Part shown: positions 39,041 through 52,000 of the stretch, in pieces
Numbering within the stretch: the first letter of the stretch is position 1
How the letters are laid out: each line of letters opens with the position of its first letter
DNA from: Anthoceros angustus
Lineage: Eukaryota > Plantae > Anthocerotophyta
Length of the DNA: 64,000 bases
Assembly (NCBI GenBank): GCA_010909165.1
Contig: MU008179.1
Location: 372,001-436,000, forward strand
Direction of reading: 5' to 3'
Made by a program: the position numbers and the translations under genes
The notes under the pieces: model-generated
Seen by the model: the letters and a program-made list of their open reading frames with translations, nothing else
What the model was told of the DNA's origin: nothing
Databases searched by the model: none

Positions 39041-40585
39041 TTGGCAGATACCAATGCTGGAAATTTGCCCGATAATGCAACTCCTGCTGAAGACAATATG
39101 GTTGATAATTCCATTAATGCTGATTTTTCTGCTTTTACTAATTCCACTTCAAATGATCCCAGGGCCCTCCTTGCACATGCTCTACTCACGGTTCATGGTG
39201 AACCGGCTACATATCGTGAGGCATTGGATGGACCCAATGGTGTTGAGTGGAAAGCTGCAATAGAAAGTGAGTATGATTCTTTGCTTAAAAATCATACATG
39301 GGATTTAGTACCACTTCTTCCTGGTCGTAAACCCATCCTTTGCAAATGGGTCTTTAAAACTAAATTAAATGCTGATGGTTCTATTGAACGCTATAAAGCT
39401 AGACTTGTTGCTAGGGCTATAGTCGGTCGGCATCGATTATCAAGAGACTTTTTCGCGAGTGGTCAAGACCCAATCACTACGGGTTCTTTTAGCCTTAGCT
39501 GCCGAATTGAATTTAGAGATCCATCAGATGGATGTTTGCACCGCGTTCTTATATGGAGAATTAGAGGAAGAAACTTACATGAGGCAGCCCGAGGGCTATG
39601 AAGATGCTAATGCGGAGTTAGTTTGTAAGCTGCTTAAGTGCCTCTATGGCTTAAAACAGAGCGCTAATAAATGGTTTTATAAATGTGATGGTCTTCTTAA
39701 GTTTATTGGTTTTATTCAAAGCCATGCTGATAGTAATGTTTATTACCTTGCGGACGGCTCTAATTTTATCATTTTAGCATTATATGTTGACGACATATGT
39801 ATGTTTGGCACTAGTATGCAAATGATTAACTTCGTGAAGGATATGTTAAGGGCCGAATTTGATATGAAGGATATTGGAGTTCTTGATGGTGCCTGGATTC
39901 AAATTCTTCGTGATCGCCCTAATGGCCGCATTTTTATGCATCAACAAAAGTATGTAAGGAAATTCTTACCGCTTTAATATGCAATCGCTCGTATCTCGAC
40001 TCGAGTTGGTGACCGGTTATCTTGAGGATTGCCCACAATCTATCTGAGCGTGAGGACATGCTTTCTATTCCTTATCTTTGCTTGTGTGGATGTCTCCTCT
40101 CTCAGCTCGGACTTGGCGGATATTATGTATGATGTTAGTACTCAATACCTTGAGTCAGGCGAAACATTGGGTAGGCTGAAGAGGATCACGAGGTATGTGG
40201 TGGTACTTGACGCGGCATCACGCTATAGTTCCACAGTGCAAATAATTTGAGCTAAGTGGATTTGTGGATGGGATTAGACTCAGGAGCCGATCTGGCGGAA
40301 AAGCATTTCGCGTGTTGCTAAGTTGGCGCCTCCGTGGTGGCGATGTAAAAACAAACAAGTCTTGCCTTAAGCTCTCTGAGGCGGAATATAAAGCTCTTCT
40401 AGCAAGTAAAGAGGTGAGTGGGGCGCTCGCTCTTAAGTGATATTAAATGGCCCCAACTTGACCTACCACCTTGGTGTGATAATATGTATTTCTTCGCATT
40501 AGTTGCTAACCCTCGTTATCATACTCGTACAAAGCATATTGAGTTATATCATCGGCTATTCGTGATGTTACTTCACGAGGAGTGG
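39041..40585 (+). pseudogene. Copia A reverse transcriptase and RNase H
   Basis: EPATYREAL...WKAAIESEYDSLLKNHTWDLV...CKWVFKTK...YKARLVA, HQMDVCTAFLYGEL, LALYVDDI, RTKHIEL. Confidence 0.9.
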
Positions 40586-43500
40586 TGGTAATTCTTGTGG
40601 GCTATGGACTTCCCTTGGGGTTAGAAATAAGTGGGGTTTTGTTTTTCGTAGGTTCGAATAGTAAAATAAGGCGGAAAGGAGGAATAAGCACGGATGGTGC
40701 TCGGATGAGCTCGGAGTATACTCGGACTCGGGAGTGGTGGTAATTCTTGTGGGCTATGGACTTCCCTTGGGGTTAGAAATAAGTGGGGTTTTGTTTTTCG
40801 TAGGTTCGAATAGTAAAATAAGGCGGAAAGGAGGAATAAGCACGGATGGTGCTCGGGGTGAGCTCGGAGTATACTCGGACTCCGGGAAGTGGGTGGACCC
40901 CGGTACCACTGAAACCGGAGCTTGGGCTTGCAGAGCAGGATAAGTCGGACCCCACTCGGTCAAAAGCAGGATACGTCTTGAGGAAGTAATTTGGAAGTCG
41001 CAATAGAAAGTGAGTATGATTCTTTGCTTAAAATCATACATGGGATTTAGTACCACTTCCTCACGGTCGTAAACCCATCCTTTGCAAATGGGTCTTTAAA
41101 ACTAAATTAAATGCGATGGTTCTATTGACGCTATAAAGCTAGACTTGTTGCTAAGGGCTATAGTCGTGGCATCGATTATCAAGAGACTTTTTCGCCAAAG
41201 GTCAAGACCCAATCACTACGGGTTCTTTTAGCCTTAGCTGTGAATTGAATTTAGAGATCCATCGGATGGATGTTTGCACCGCGTTCTTATATGGAGAATT
41301 AGAGGAAGAAATTTACATGAGGCAGGGCTATGAAGCTGCTAATGCGGAGTTAGTTTGTAAGCTGCTGAAGTGCCTCTATGGTTTAAAACAGGGTGGTAAT
41401 AAATGGTTTTATAAGTGTGATGGTCGTCTTAAGTTTATTGGCTTTATTCAAAGCCACGCTGATAGTAATGTTTATTATCTTGCGGACGGCTCTAACTTTA
41501 TTATTTTAGCATTATATATTGACTACATATGTATGTTTGACACTAGTTTGCAATTGATTACCTGTGTGAAAGATATGTTGAGGGCCGAATTTGATATGAA
41601 GGATATTGGAGTTCTTCGATGGTGTCTTGGAATTCAAATTCTTCGTGATCGCCCTAATGGCCGAATTTTTATGCATCAACAGAAGTATGTAAGGGAAATT
41701 CTTACCCGCTTTAATATGCAATCGTACCGTATCGACTCGAGCGATTGGTATTCGGTTATCTTCGAGGATTGCCCACAATCTCTTTGCGAGCGTGAGGACA
41801 TGCTTTCTATTCCTTATATGCTTGTGTGGATGTCTCCTCTATCCTAAGGACTTGGCGGATATTATGTATGTATTATGGCTCAATACCTTGATCCGGCAGA
41901 AACATTGGGTAGCTATGAAGAGGATCACGAGGTATGTGAGTGGTACTTGACGGGCATACACTATAGTTCCACAGTCGCAAATAATTTGAGCTAAGTGGTT
42001 TTGTGGATGCCGATTGGGCCTCGACCGTCGTGGAAAAGCATTTCGCGTGTTGCTTTGTTAGCCTCCGTGGTGGCGATGTAAGAAGAAAACAAGTCTTGCC
42101 TTAAGCTCTCTGAGGCGGAATATAAAGCTCTTACGAGCAAGTAAAGAGGTCGAGTGGGAGCGCTCGCTCTTAAGTGATATTAAATGGCCCCAACTTGACC
42201 TACCTTGGTGTGATAATATGTCGGCTATCGCATTAGTTGCTAACCCTCGTTATCATACTCGTACAAAGCATATTGAGTTATATCATCATTATATTCGTGA
42301 TGTTACTTCACGAGGAGTGGTGGTGGTTACTGTGGGCTATGGACTTCCCTTGGGGGTTAGGAAATAAGTGGGGTTTTGTTTTTTTCGTAGGTTCGAATAG
42401 TAAAATAAGGCGGAAAGGGAGGAATAAGCACGGATGGTGCTCGGGGTGAGCTCGGAGTATACTCGGACTCCGGGAAGTGGGTGGACCCCGGTACCACTAT
42501 GGCGAGCTCCGGACTCGCTTGCAGAGTAGCAGGATAAGTCCGGACTCACGAGGTCAAAAGCAGGATAATCGTCGGAAGTAATTTGGAAGTCGTGAGACGG
42601 ACTAAGCGGGCGCCACGTGGGCGCTGAGTGGAAAGTCAATAATAAGTGAGTATGATTCTTTGCTTAAAATCATACATGGGATTTAGTACCACTTCCTCAC
42701 TGGTAAACCCATCCTTTGCAAATGGGTCTTTAAAACTAAATTAAATGCGATGGTTCTATTGAACGCTATAAAGCTAGACTTGTTGCTAAGGGCTATAGTC
42801 GGTCGGCATCGATTATCAAGAGACTTTTTCGCCAGTGGTCAAGACCCAATCACTACGGGTTCTTTTAGCCTTAATTGAATTTAGAGATCCATCAGATGGA
42901 TGTTTGCACCGCGTTCTTATATGGAGAACCAGAGGAGGAAATTTATATGAGGCAGCCCGAGGGCTATGAAGATGCTAATGCGGAGTTAGTTTGTAAGCTG
43001 CTTAAGTGCCTCTATGGCTTAAAACAGAGCGCTAATAAATGGTTTTATAAATGTGATGGTCTTCTTAAGTTTATTGGTTTTATTCAAAGCCATCTTGATA
43101 GTAATGTTTATTACCTTGGACGACTCTAACTTTATCATTTTAGCATTATATGTTGACGACATATGTATGTTTGGCACTAGTATGCAAATGATTAACTCCA
43201 TGAAGAAGGATATGTTAAGGGCGAATTTGATATGAAGGATATTGAGTTCTTCGATGGTGCCTCGAATTCAAATTCTTCGTGATCGCCCTAATGACCGCAT
43301 TTTTATGCATCAACAAAAGTATGTAAGGAAATTCTTACCGCTTTAATATGCAATCGCTCGGCCGTATCGACTCGAGGCGGTTGGTATTCGGTTATCTTGA
43401 TTGCCCACAATCTAGCGTGAGGACATGCTTTCTATTCCTTATCTTTGCTTGTGTGGATGTCTCCTCTATCTGGCTAATCGACTCGGCGGATATTATGTAT

Positions 43501-45720
43501 GATGTTATGCTCAATACCTTGATCCGGCGAAACATTGGGTAGCTATGAAGAGGATCCCGAGGTATGTGAGTGGTACTTGATGGCATCTGCTATAGTTCCA
43601 CAGTCGCAAACAATTTGAGCTAAGTGGTTTTGTGGATGCCGATTGGGCCTCGACACGATGCGGAAAAGCATTTCGCGTGTTGCTTTGTTAGCCGCTCCGT
43701 GGTGGCGATGTAAGAAGAAAACAAGTCTTGCCTTAAGCTCTCTGAGAATATAAAGCTCTTACAAGCAAGTAAAGAGAGTGGGAGCGCTCGCTCTTAAGTG
43801 ATATTAAATGGCCCCAACTTGACCTACCTTGGTGTGATAATATGTCGGCTATCGCATTAGTTGCTAACCCTCGTTATCATACTCGTACAAAGCATATTGA
43901 GTTATATCATCATTATATTCGTGATGTTACTTCACGAGGAGTGGTGGTAATTCTTGTGGGCTATGGACTTGTAGATTAGAAATAAGTGGGGTTTTGTTTT
44001 TCGTGAGTTCGAATAGTAAAATAAGGCGGAAAGGAGGAATAAGCACGGATGGTGCTCGGATGAGCTCGGAGTATACTCGGACTCAGGTGGAGTAACGGAC
44101 CGGTACCACTATGGCGAGCTTCGGACTCATGCAAGGGGTAGCAGGATAAGTCCGGACCCCACTCAAGGTCAAAAGCAGGATAAATCTGATAATTTGGAAG
44201 TCGTGAGGACAGACTAAGCGGGCGCCACGTGGGCCAGGCACAGTGGAGGTCGGGCATGCACGGAGCCGGGCCGTAGCCATAGAGCGTTATAGCGGTGTGG
44301 CCCAGCGGCTGTGGGCGGCGGCAGCCCGAGGGCTATGAAGATGCAAATGCGGAGTTAGTTTGTAAGCTGCTTAAGTGCCTCTATGGCTTAAAACAGGCGC
44401 TAATAAATGGTTTTATAAATGTGATGGTCTTCTTAAGTTTATTGGTTTTATTCAAAGCCATCTTGATAGTAATGTTTATTACCTTGGACGACTCTAACTT
44501 TATCATTTTAGCATTATATGTTGACGACATATGTATGTTTGGCACTAGTATGCAAATGATTAACTCCATGAAGAAGGATATGTTAAGGGCGAATTTGATA
44601 TGAAGGATATTGAGTTCTTCGATGGTGCCTCGAATTCAAATTCTTCGTGATCGCCCTAATGACCGCATTTTTATGCATCAACAAAAGTATGTAAGGAAAT
44701 TCTTACCGCTTTAATATGCAATCGCTCGGCCGTATCGACTCGAGGCGGTTGGTATTCGGTTATCTTGATTGCCCACAATCTAGCGTGAGGACATGCTTTC
44801 TATTCCTTATCTTTGCTTGTGTGGATGTCTCCTCTATCTGGCTAATCGACTCGGCGGATATTATGTATGATGTTATGCTCAATACCTTGATCCGGCGAAA
44901 CATTGGGTAGCTATGAAGAGGATCCCGAGGTATGTGAGTGGTACTTGATGGCATCTGCTATAGTTCCACAGTCGCAAACAATTTGAGCTAAGTGGTTTTG
45001 TGGATGCCGATTGGGCCTCGACACGATGCGGAAAAGCATTTCGCGTGTTGCTTTGTTAGCCGCTCCGTGGTGGCGATGTAAGAAGAAAACAAGTCTTGCC
45101 TTAAGCTCTCTGAGAATATAAAGCTCTTACAAGCAAGTAAAGAGAGTGGGAGCGCTCGCTCTTAAGTGATATTAAATGGCCCCAACTTGACCTACCTTGG
45201 TGTGATAATATGTCGGCTATCGCATTAGTTGCTAACCCTCGTTATCATACTCGTACAAAGCATATTGAGTTATATCATCATTATATTCGTGATGTTACTT
45301 CACGAGGAGTGGTGGTAATTCTTGTGGGCTATGGACTTGTAGATTAGAAATAAGTGGGGTTTTGTTTTTCGTGAGTTCGAATAGTAAAATAAGGCGGAAA
45401 GGAGGAATAAGCACGGATGGTGCTCGGATGAGCTCGGAGTATACTCGGACTCGGGAGTGGTGGTAATTCTTGTGGGCTATGGACTTCCCTTGGGGTTAGA
45501 AATAAGTGGGGTTTTGTTTTTCGTAGGTTCGAATAGTAAAATAAGGCGGAAAGGAGGAATAAGCACGGATGGTGCTCGGGGTGAGCTCGGAGTATACTCG
45601 GACTCCGGGAAGTGGGTGGACCCCGGTACCACTGAAACCGGAGCTTGGGCTTGCAGAGCAGGATAAGTCGGACCCCACTCGGTCAAAAGCAGGATACGTC
45701 TTGAGGAAGTAATTTGGAAG
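39250..45720 (+). repeat. Four tandem copies (~1.4-1.75 kb) of Copia RT/RNase H plus the start of the solo LTR
   Basis: Units restart at ~41000, ~42640 and ~44320; copies 3 and 4 share the same indels. Confidence 0.9.
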
Positions 45721-48279
45721 TCGAGTCGTGAGACGGACTAAGCGGGCGCCACGTGGGCGCTGAGTGGAAGTCGAGTCGTGAGGACAGACTAAGCGGGCGC
45801 CACGTGGGCCAGGCACAGTGGAGGTCGGGCATGCACGGAGCCGGGCCGTAGCCATAGAGCGTTATAGCGGTGTGGCCCAGCGGCTGTGGGCGGCGGCAGC
45901 CCGTCGCCACAGCGGCGGTAGGCTATGCGGCGGCGCGTCGAGTAAGCCATGCGGACCTCGGCGATTCTGGATAGGGAAGAGGCACCTTCCAGCGTGTTAC
46001 CCATGGTGGCGAGGAGGTCATTTCCTGTCACGACCTTGAGACAATTCGCGATCTCTTGCGCTCCGCCGGCTCCTCTGGCGCTATCTCTTTGAGCTCAGCA
46101 TCTTGGCGTGCGGCTCGTTGAGGTTGGAGGCGGGAGGATTAGTCGAAGAGTGGCATAGCGCGTCGGCGGTCTCGGCCAGCAGCTCTGACGAAGAGGAGAG
46201 AAGAAGCGATGGCACCCAAAAGGCTGAGTGCAGGAGCCATGGAACACATTGTGGCCGGCGCTATCTCCGGACTTTGGGCCATGGGCTGGAGGCGGAGGAT
46301 TAGTCGAAGAGTGGCATAGGCGTGTTCCAGTGCGTTTGTGATGTCACTCTGGTCAGAGTTCGCCGGAAGATGTTGGCTGGCCAATAAGGAGGTTGATCAG
46401 AAGAACTAGAGGATCTCAGGCGATGGACCTTGGAGGTCTGAGGCTTCTACCCGAAGGGGATGGGGCGTGGTCCCAGCCCCTCAAGGCGGGGAAGATAGAG
46501 GCGGCAAAGGCGGCCATGCTTTGACGAAGGGCAGCGGACAGCGGCGGTAGTTGATATCGGACTGCTTTGGGCCGGTGAGTTCGGATCATTGTCCATGGAA
46601 CTTGCTCACCAAGGTGGATCACCTTGGTGATAATTCGGTGTTCTGCATGCGTTGCTGGAGGCGGGCAAGAAGGCGGGCAGGAAGGATCATCACCTGGTTG
46701 TTGAGGCCAGGCCCAGGCGAGAAGCCCTCGTCCGGACTATCCCCATGCGATCCATGTATGGGGACATTCGACTCTGACGAAGGATGGGGAGGTAGGCGGG
46801 CGCTCGGGAAGGGTTGGCGGCCTACCGAGCGAGGCGGGCAAGGCGCTGAGGGGCCCAGCCCCCTAGGGCCAAGCAGGTCGGGAGGAGGACGATCGAAGGG
46901 ATACCGACTCCATACGTCGTGCGGACCCCTCACCACCCGGGGAAGTGTGGGAAGATATCCCGCTTCCTCCTCTTGGTGCCGCACGAGCAACCCGGTCGAT
47001 GGGGAGGCGGGCTGGCCGCACCCGGCCACGGCCACGACGGCGAGCCGAACTCGCCGGGCACGAGGCGGAAGCGGTGCCATCCGCTAACGCGGCACCCCAG
47101 GCGGTGCAGCCGCCCCTTGCAGGTGCAAGGTGAAGTGAGCGAGAAGCGAAGGGCGCGCCAAGAGGCGAGGTCAGCGGCCAGCGATCACCCCTCCAGCCAC
47201 CGGGAGGCAAGGGGTCAGCTCGAACCCCCTACCCCTCAGGAGCCCCAGGCGAAGGCGAATAAGAAGTGCCAAGAGGGCAAGGAGGTGACTCGGACCTCGG
47301 CAATCGGGACCTAAGGGGCTGATTAGGTCCGGAGAACCCAGTCAGGACTTACTCGGCTGCGGTGTGGAGGTCCCTGAGGCAAGTGAGATGCACTCCACTA
47401 CGGACTTTTGGGGTCTCACCAATGGCCGTGGAAGAGACACGGCGGGTCCTGGCTACATCATGGAGTATGCTTTAAGTCTCTGACCGAGAAGACCCAGAGA
47501 TAGAAGCCACGGAGGCGCATGGTGCTCCTCCAGGGAGGCGGTTGGCGGCCCGAGGCGAGGAGGAAGGCGGCTCGGCCGCATCGAAGAAGAAGCGCGGGGC
47601 CGGGAAATCAGGTCCATTCAGCAGGCAGGACTAAATTCCTTCAATTTGGGTGGCGGTGATGATGAGAATCAATAGCTCTTAGATAGAAAGAAACAATGGA
47701 ATGAATTAATTAATGAGTAAAGTACAAGCCTTTAAATAGGCTGGGTGGTAGGGTAGTTACAACAATATGTTGTTGTAACCATAAGTGGTTGCAACCATAA
47801 GTTGTTGCAACTATAAGTTGTTGTAACAACTAACAACTAACTACCTAAAGCCCTAGCTCTAAATTAATGTTTAAGTAATGAGGCCCTAATGAATAGTGCC
47901 CTAAGCTAGACCTATTTCATCACTCCCACTCACTATGAATGTAGGGGTGAATTCTAGCTTCAAAATGAGGTCTAAATCATAGATAGACTCCCACTTAATC
48001 AAAAGTTATAAGCCTAAGAAAAAATGCTAAAGCTTGATGGTCAAAGAGTCGAGGGGCTGGTAAGCCAATAATGCAAAATAAATTGCAATAAATAAATAAA
48101 TAAATAAATCGGTAGCGGGCCGAAAATAAAAAGGCTTTAAATGGATAAGCCGATCGGGCTTATCCTATCAACCGACCCGGCCACGATTGGTGGGCCGTAA
48201 GCCGAGTCGTTGCCTTCGCACAGCACACGAGGCGGGGTGTGGGAATGCTCATTGTCGGCTCTCCTCCTCCGCATGCGCT

Positions 48280-48280
<1 letters not shown>

Positions 48281-48353
<73 letters not shown>
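48281..48353. repeat. (CGCGCC)~12 pure-GC hexamer repeat; (GGGCGC)n on minus
   Basis: Direct reading. Confidence 0.95.
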
Positions 48354-48641
48354 AACCGTGGTGGCGCAGTGGCGCGCTCTGGGGCGTGCTCTTGTGGTGC
48401 TCCTCCGCATAAAATGTTGATTTGCTCAGATGCGCCGTGATCTTGCATGATTCCGTTGTGGTGACTCGTGTCTGGTATTTATGTTATAATTGCATGCATT
48501 GGAGTAATATCGCCTCTAATTGAGATTTCATGTCCATTTGTCATTGCACATTTTCCTCATATTTTTCCAGTGTTCAATTGTGCATATTCCATATCTCTTG
48601 CATGTTTCAATACCTGACTAATATGCCTAATGTGGTGGCAG

Positions 48642-50190
48642 GTCCTCGTCGTGCGGAGGAAAGCCGCCGGGCCCCCCCCATGCTCCAAAGGACGAGGCCA
48701 TAAAGAAAATGAAAAGAGCAAACCGCATAGCAAGAAGAAGAAGAAAACTTGCCGCGTGAGAAAGGAAAAATTGAGGAAGCGGTGCATCTTGTGGTATAGA
48801 GATGCACTTGCAGGTGAAGAGATCCCGATGTCGGGCCCCGGCCGTAACATAGGAAAGGACATGGAAGATCCTAATTTCTCTTGAATTCACGCAAGCATGT
48901 GGTGGCTGCAGGTGGAGAAATGGCCGATGGAGGATGACGTCTTGGTGGTACAAGCACGCCGAAATGCCGAGTGTCATCAAAGAGTCGAGGGGCTGGTAAG
49001 CCAATAATGTGCAAAATAAATTGCAATAAATAATTTGATTGCATAAAAATACTAATGATTGTTGATGTAGATAATCCAACTACCGAGGGCCTGGAGTATC
49101 CTCGGAGTGTCACAGGTATGACTTCAACATAGAAGAAGAGTCGGTCGGGGACTCCATAAAGCAGACGGAGGCGTGTGTGTGAGGGCAGCCCAAGTGGAGA
49201 GCATATGCTAGCCGACATAGGAGAAGTAGGGGCTAGGGAAAAGAAAAGTGAGTAGGTGTAAAACCTATAGTTAGGGGCTAGTAACTAGTGTAACCTATGC
49301 TAATGATAAGCTAATCTACATCTATTTTGCGGATGTGGAGAAAGGGTAGGCACAAGCCATGTGAGGTTTGCCCTACCTCTACAACCTATAACAAAACAAA
49401 AGGAAAATACCAAACTCCTATTTTGCCACTGAAACCTATGCGAGCAACTACATGGTGCTTAGGAAAGGACATGGAAGATCCTAATTTCTCTGTGAATTCG
49501 CAAGCATGTGCCGAGGTGGCCAGTGGAGAAATGGCCGATGGAGAGGATGACGTCTTGGTGGTACAAGCACTGCCGATGTTCGTCATCAAAGAGTCGAGGG
49601 GCTGGTAAGCCAATAATGCAAAATAAATTGCAATAAATAATTTGATTGCATAAAAATACTAATGATTGTTGATGTAGATAATCCAACTACCGAGGGCCTG
49701 GAGCTGTATCCTCGGAGTGTCACAGGTATGACTTCAACATAGAAGAAGAGTCTGGGACTCCATAAAGCAGACGAGGCCCCAGGTATGTGAGGGCAGCCCA
49801 AGTGGAGAGCATATGCTAGCCGACATAGGAGAAGTAGGGGCTAGGGAAAAGAAAAGTGAGTAGGTGTAAAACCTATAGTTAGGGGCTAGTAACTAGTAAC
49901 CTATGCTAATGATAAGCTAATCTACATCTATTTTGCAGATGTGGAGAAAGGGTAGGCACAAGCCATGTGAGGTTTGCCCTACCTCTACAACCTATAACAA
50001 AACAAAAGGAAAATACCAAACTCCTATTTTGCCGAAACCTATGCGAGCAACTACATGGTGCTTCCGGAGGAAAGGACGACCACAAGTCCCCATGGAATAT
50101 GTATGTGAGAAAAGGGATAAAAATGATGTGGTTAGGTGCATATCCATGTGAAGAGTACGAAGGACACACCAAGCACTTGTATAGTAAGTG
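48642..50190 (+). other. Multi-exon gene-like segment antisense to Copia B, in its 3' spacer, partly duplicated
   Basis: Series of canonical AG/GT junctions with coding-like exons (K-rich ...KSKPHSKKKKKTCRVRKEK...; DNPTTEGLEYPRSVT; DVEK; GAYPCEEYEGHTKHLY|gtaagt). No family recognised. Confidence 0.45.
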
Positions 50191-52000
50191 ACCTAACTTG
50201 AATGACTAACTCAACACCATTTTTCTTCCTATAACCCATGGAGTGTTTTGTAGGGTCCTTTTGGGCATTAGAGAGAGAATAAGAATGCTGATGATTACTT
50301 GGAAATAGAAGAGGAAATAAACATGCTAGATAAACTTTGTGGATTGTAAAATTGGAAAATACCCACTAGCTAGGCTTAACCTCTTGTACTCCTAACATTT
50401 TCATGTGTTTTAAATGCAAATCTCTTCCTAATGACTTGGTTAAAAGGTCAGCTGGTTGTTTTGAGTTGGTATATAATTGATATCTATTGTTTTATTTTCT
50501 AACATTTTCCGTATGTAATGATACTCATCGCTATATGTTTAGTTCGAGTGGAAAGCAGGTTCCTAGCTAAGGCAATAGCCCCACAGTATCCGAGAGGTGT
50601 AGGTCCATCTTGGGGATAATTCAACTCTCTCAATGCTAACCTACTCCGACTATATCCTTGGAGACGAGGTGAGGACCCTATACTCGACTCTGTCGACAAA
50701 GCAATGGTTGGTTGTTTCTTACTTGACCATGAAATGGGTGCACCTCCTAGCATGTGCCGAGGTGGCAGTGGAGAAATGGCCGATGGAGGATGACGTCTTG
50801 GTGGTACAAGCACTCGGAAACCGATGTTGTCATCAAAGAGTCGAGGGGCTGGTAAGCCAATAATGTGCAAAATAAATTGCAATAAATAATTTGATTGCAT
50901 AAAAATACTAATGATTGTTGATGTAGATAATCCAACTACCGAGGGGCTGAGTGTATCCTCGGAGTGTCACAGGTATGACGACTTCAACATAGAAGAAGAG
51001 TCGGTCGGGGACTCCATAAAGCAGACGAGGCCCCAGGTATGTGAGGGCAGCCCAAGTGGAGAGCATATGCTAGCGACATAGAAGTAGGGGCTAGGGAAAA
51101 GAAAAGTGAGTAGGTGTAAAACCTATAGTTAGGGGCTAGTAACTAGTGTAACCTATGCTAATGATAAGCTAATCTACATCTATTTTGCGGATGTGGAGAA
51201 AGGGTAGGCCATGTGAGGTTTGCCCTACCTCTACAACCTATAACAAAACAAAAATACCAAACTCCTATTTTGCCACTGAAACCTATGCGAGCAACATACA
51301 TGGTGCTTCCGGAGGAAAGGACGACCACAAGTCCCCATGGAATATGTATGTGAGAAAAGGGATAAAAATGATGTGGTTAGGTGCATATCCATGTGAAGAG
51401 TACGAAGGACACACCAAGCACTTGTATAGTAAGTGACCTAACGAATGACTAACTCAACACCATTTTTCTTCCTATAACCCATGGAGTGTTTTGTAGGGTC
51501 CTTTTGGGCATTAGAGAGAGAATAAGAATGCTGATGATTACTTGGAAATAGAAGAGGAAATAAACATGCTAGATAAACTTTGTGGATTGTAAAATTGGAA
51601 AATACCCACTATCTAGTGGCTTAACCTCTTGTACTCCTAACATTTTCATGTGTTTTAAATGCAAATCTCTTCCTAATGACTTGGTTAAAAGGTCAGCTGG
51701 TTGTTTTGAGTTGGTATATAATTGATATCTATTGTTTTATTTTCTAACATTTCCGTATGTAATGATACTCATCGCTATATGTTTAGTTCGAGTGGAAAGC
51801 AGGTTCCTAGCTAAGGCAATAGCCCCACAGTATCAGTAGAGGTGTAGGTCCATCTTGGGGATAATTCAACTCTCTCAATGCTAACCTACTCCGACTATAT
51901 CCTTGGAGACGAGGTGAGGACCCTATACTCGACTCTGTCGACAAAGCAATGGTTGGTTGTTTCTTACTTGACCATGAAATGGGTGCACCTCCTAGCAGTG
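48870..52000. repeat. Overlapping tandem duplications (~0.6 kb and ~1.25 kb) in the Copia B 3' region
   Basis: ~48870-49450 recurs at ~49460-50050 and ~50750-51300; RNase H end present at ~50350-50745 and ~51600-52000. Confidence 0.85.

Noticed and set aside
48137-48448. Poly-AG/AP/PR ORFs
   Set aside because: All frames are open only because of the (CGCGCC)n repeat.
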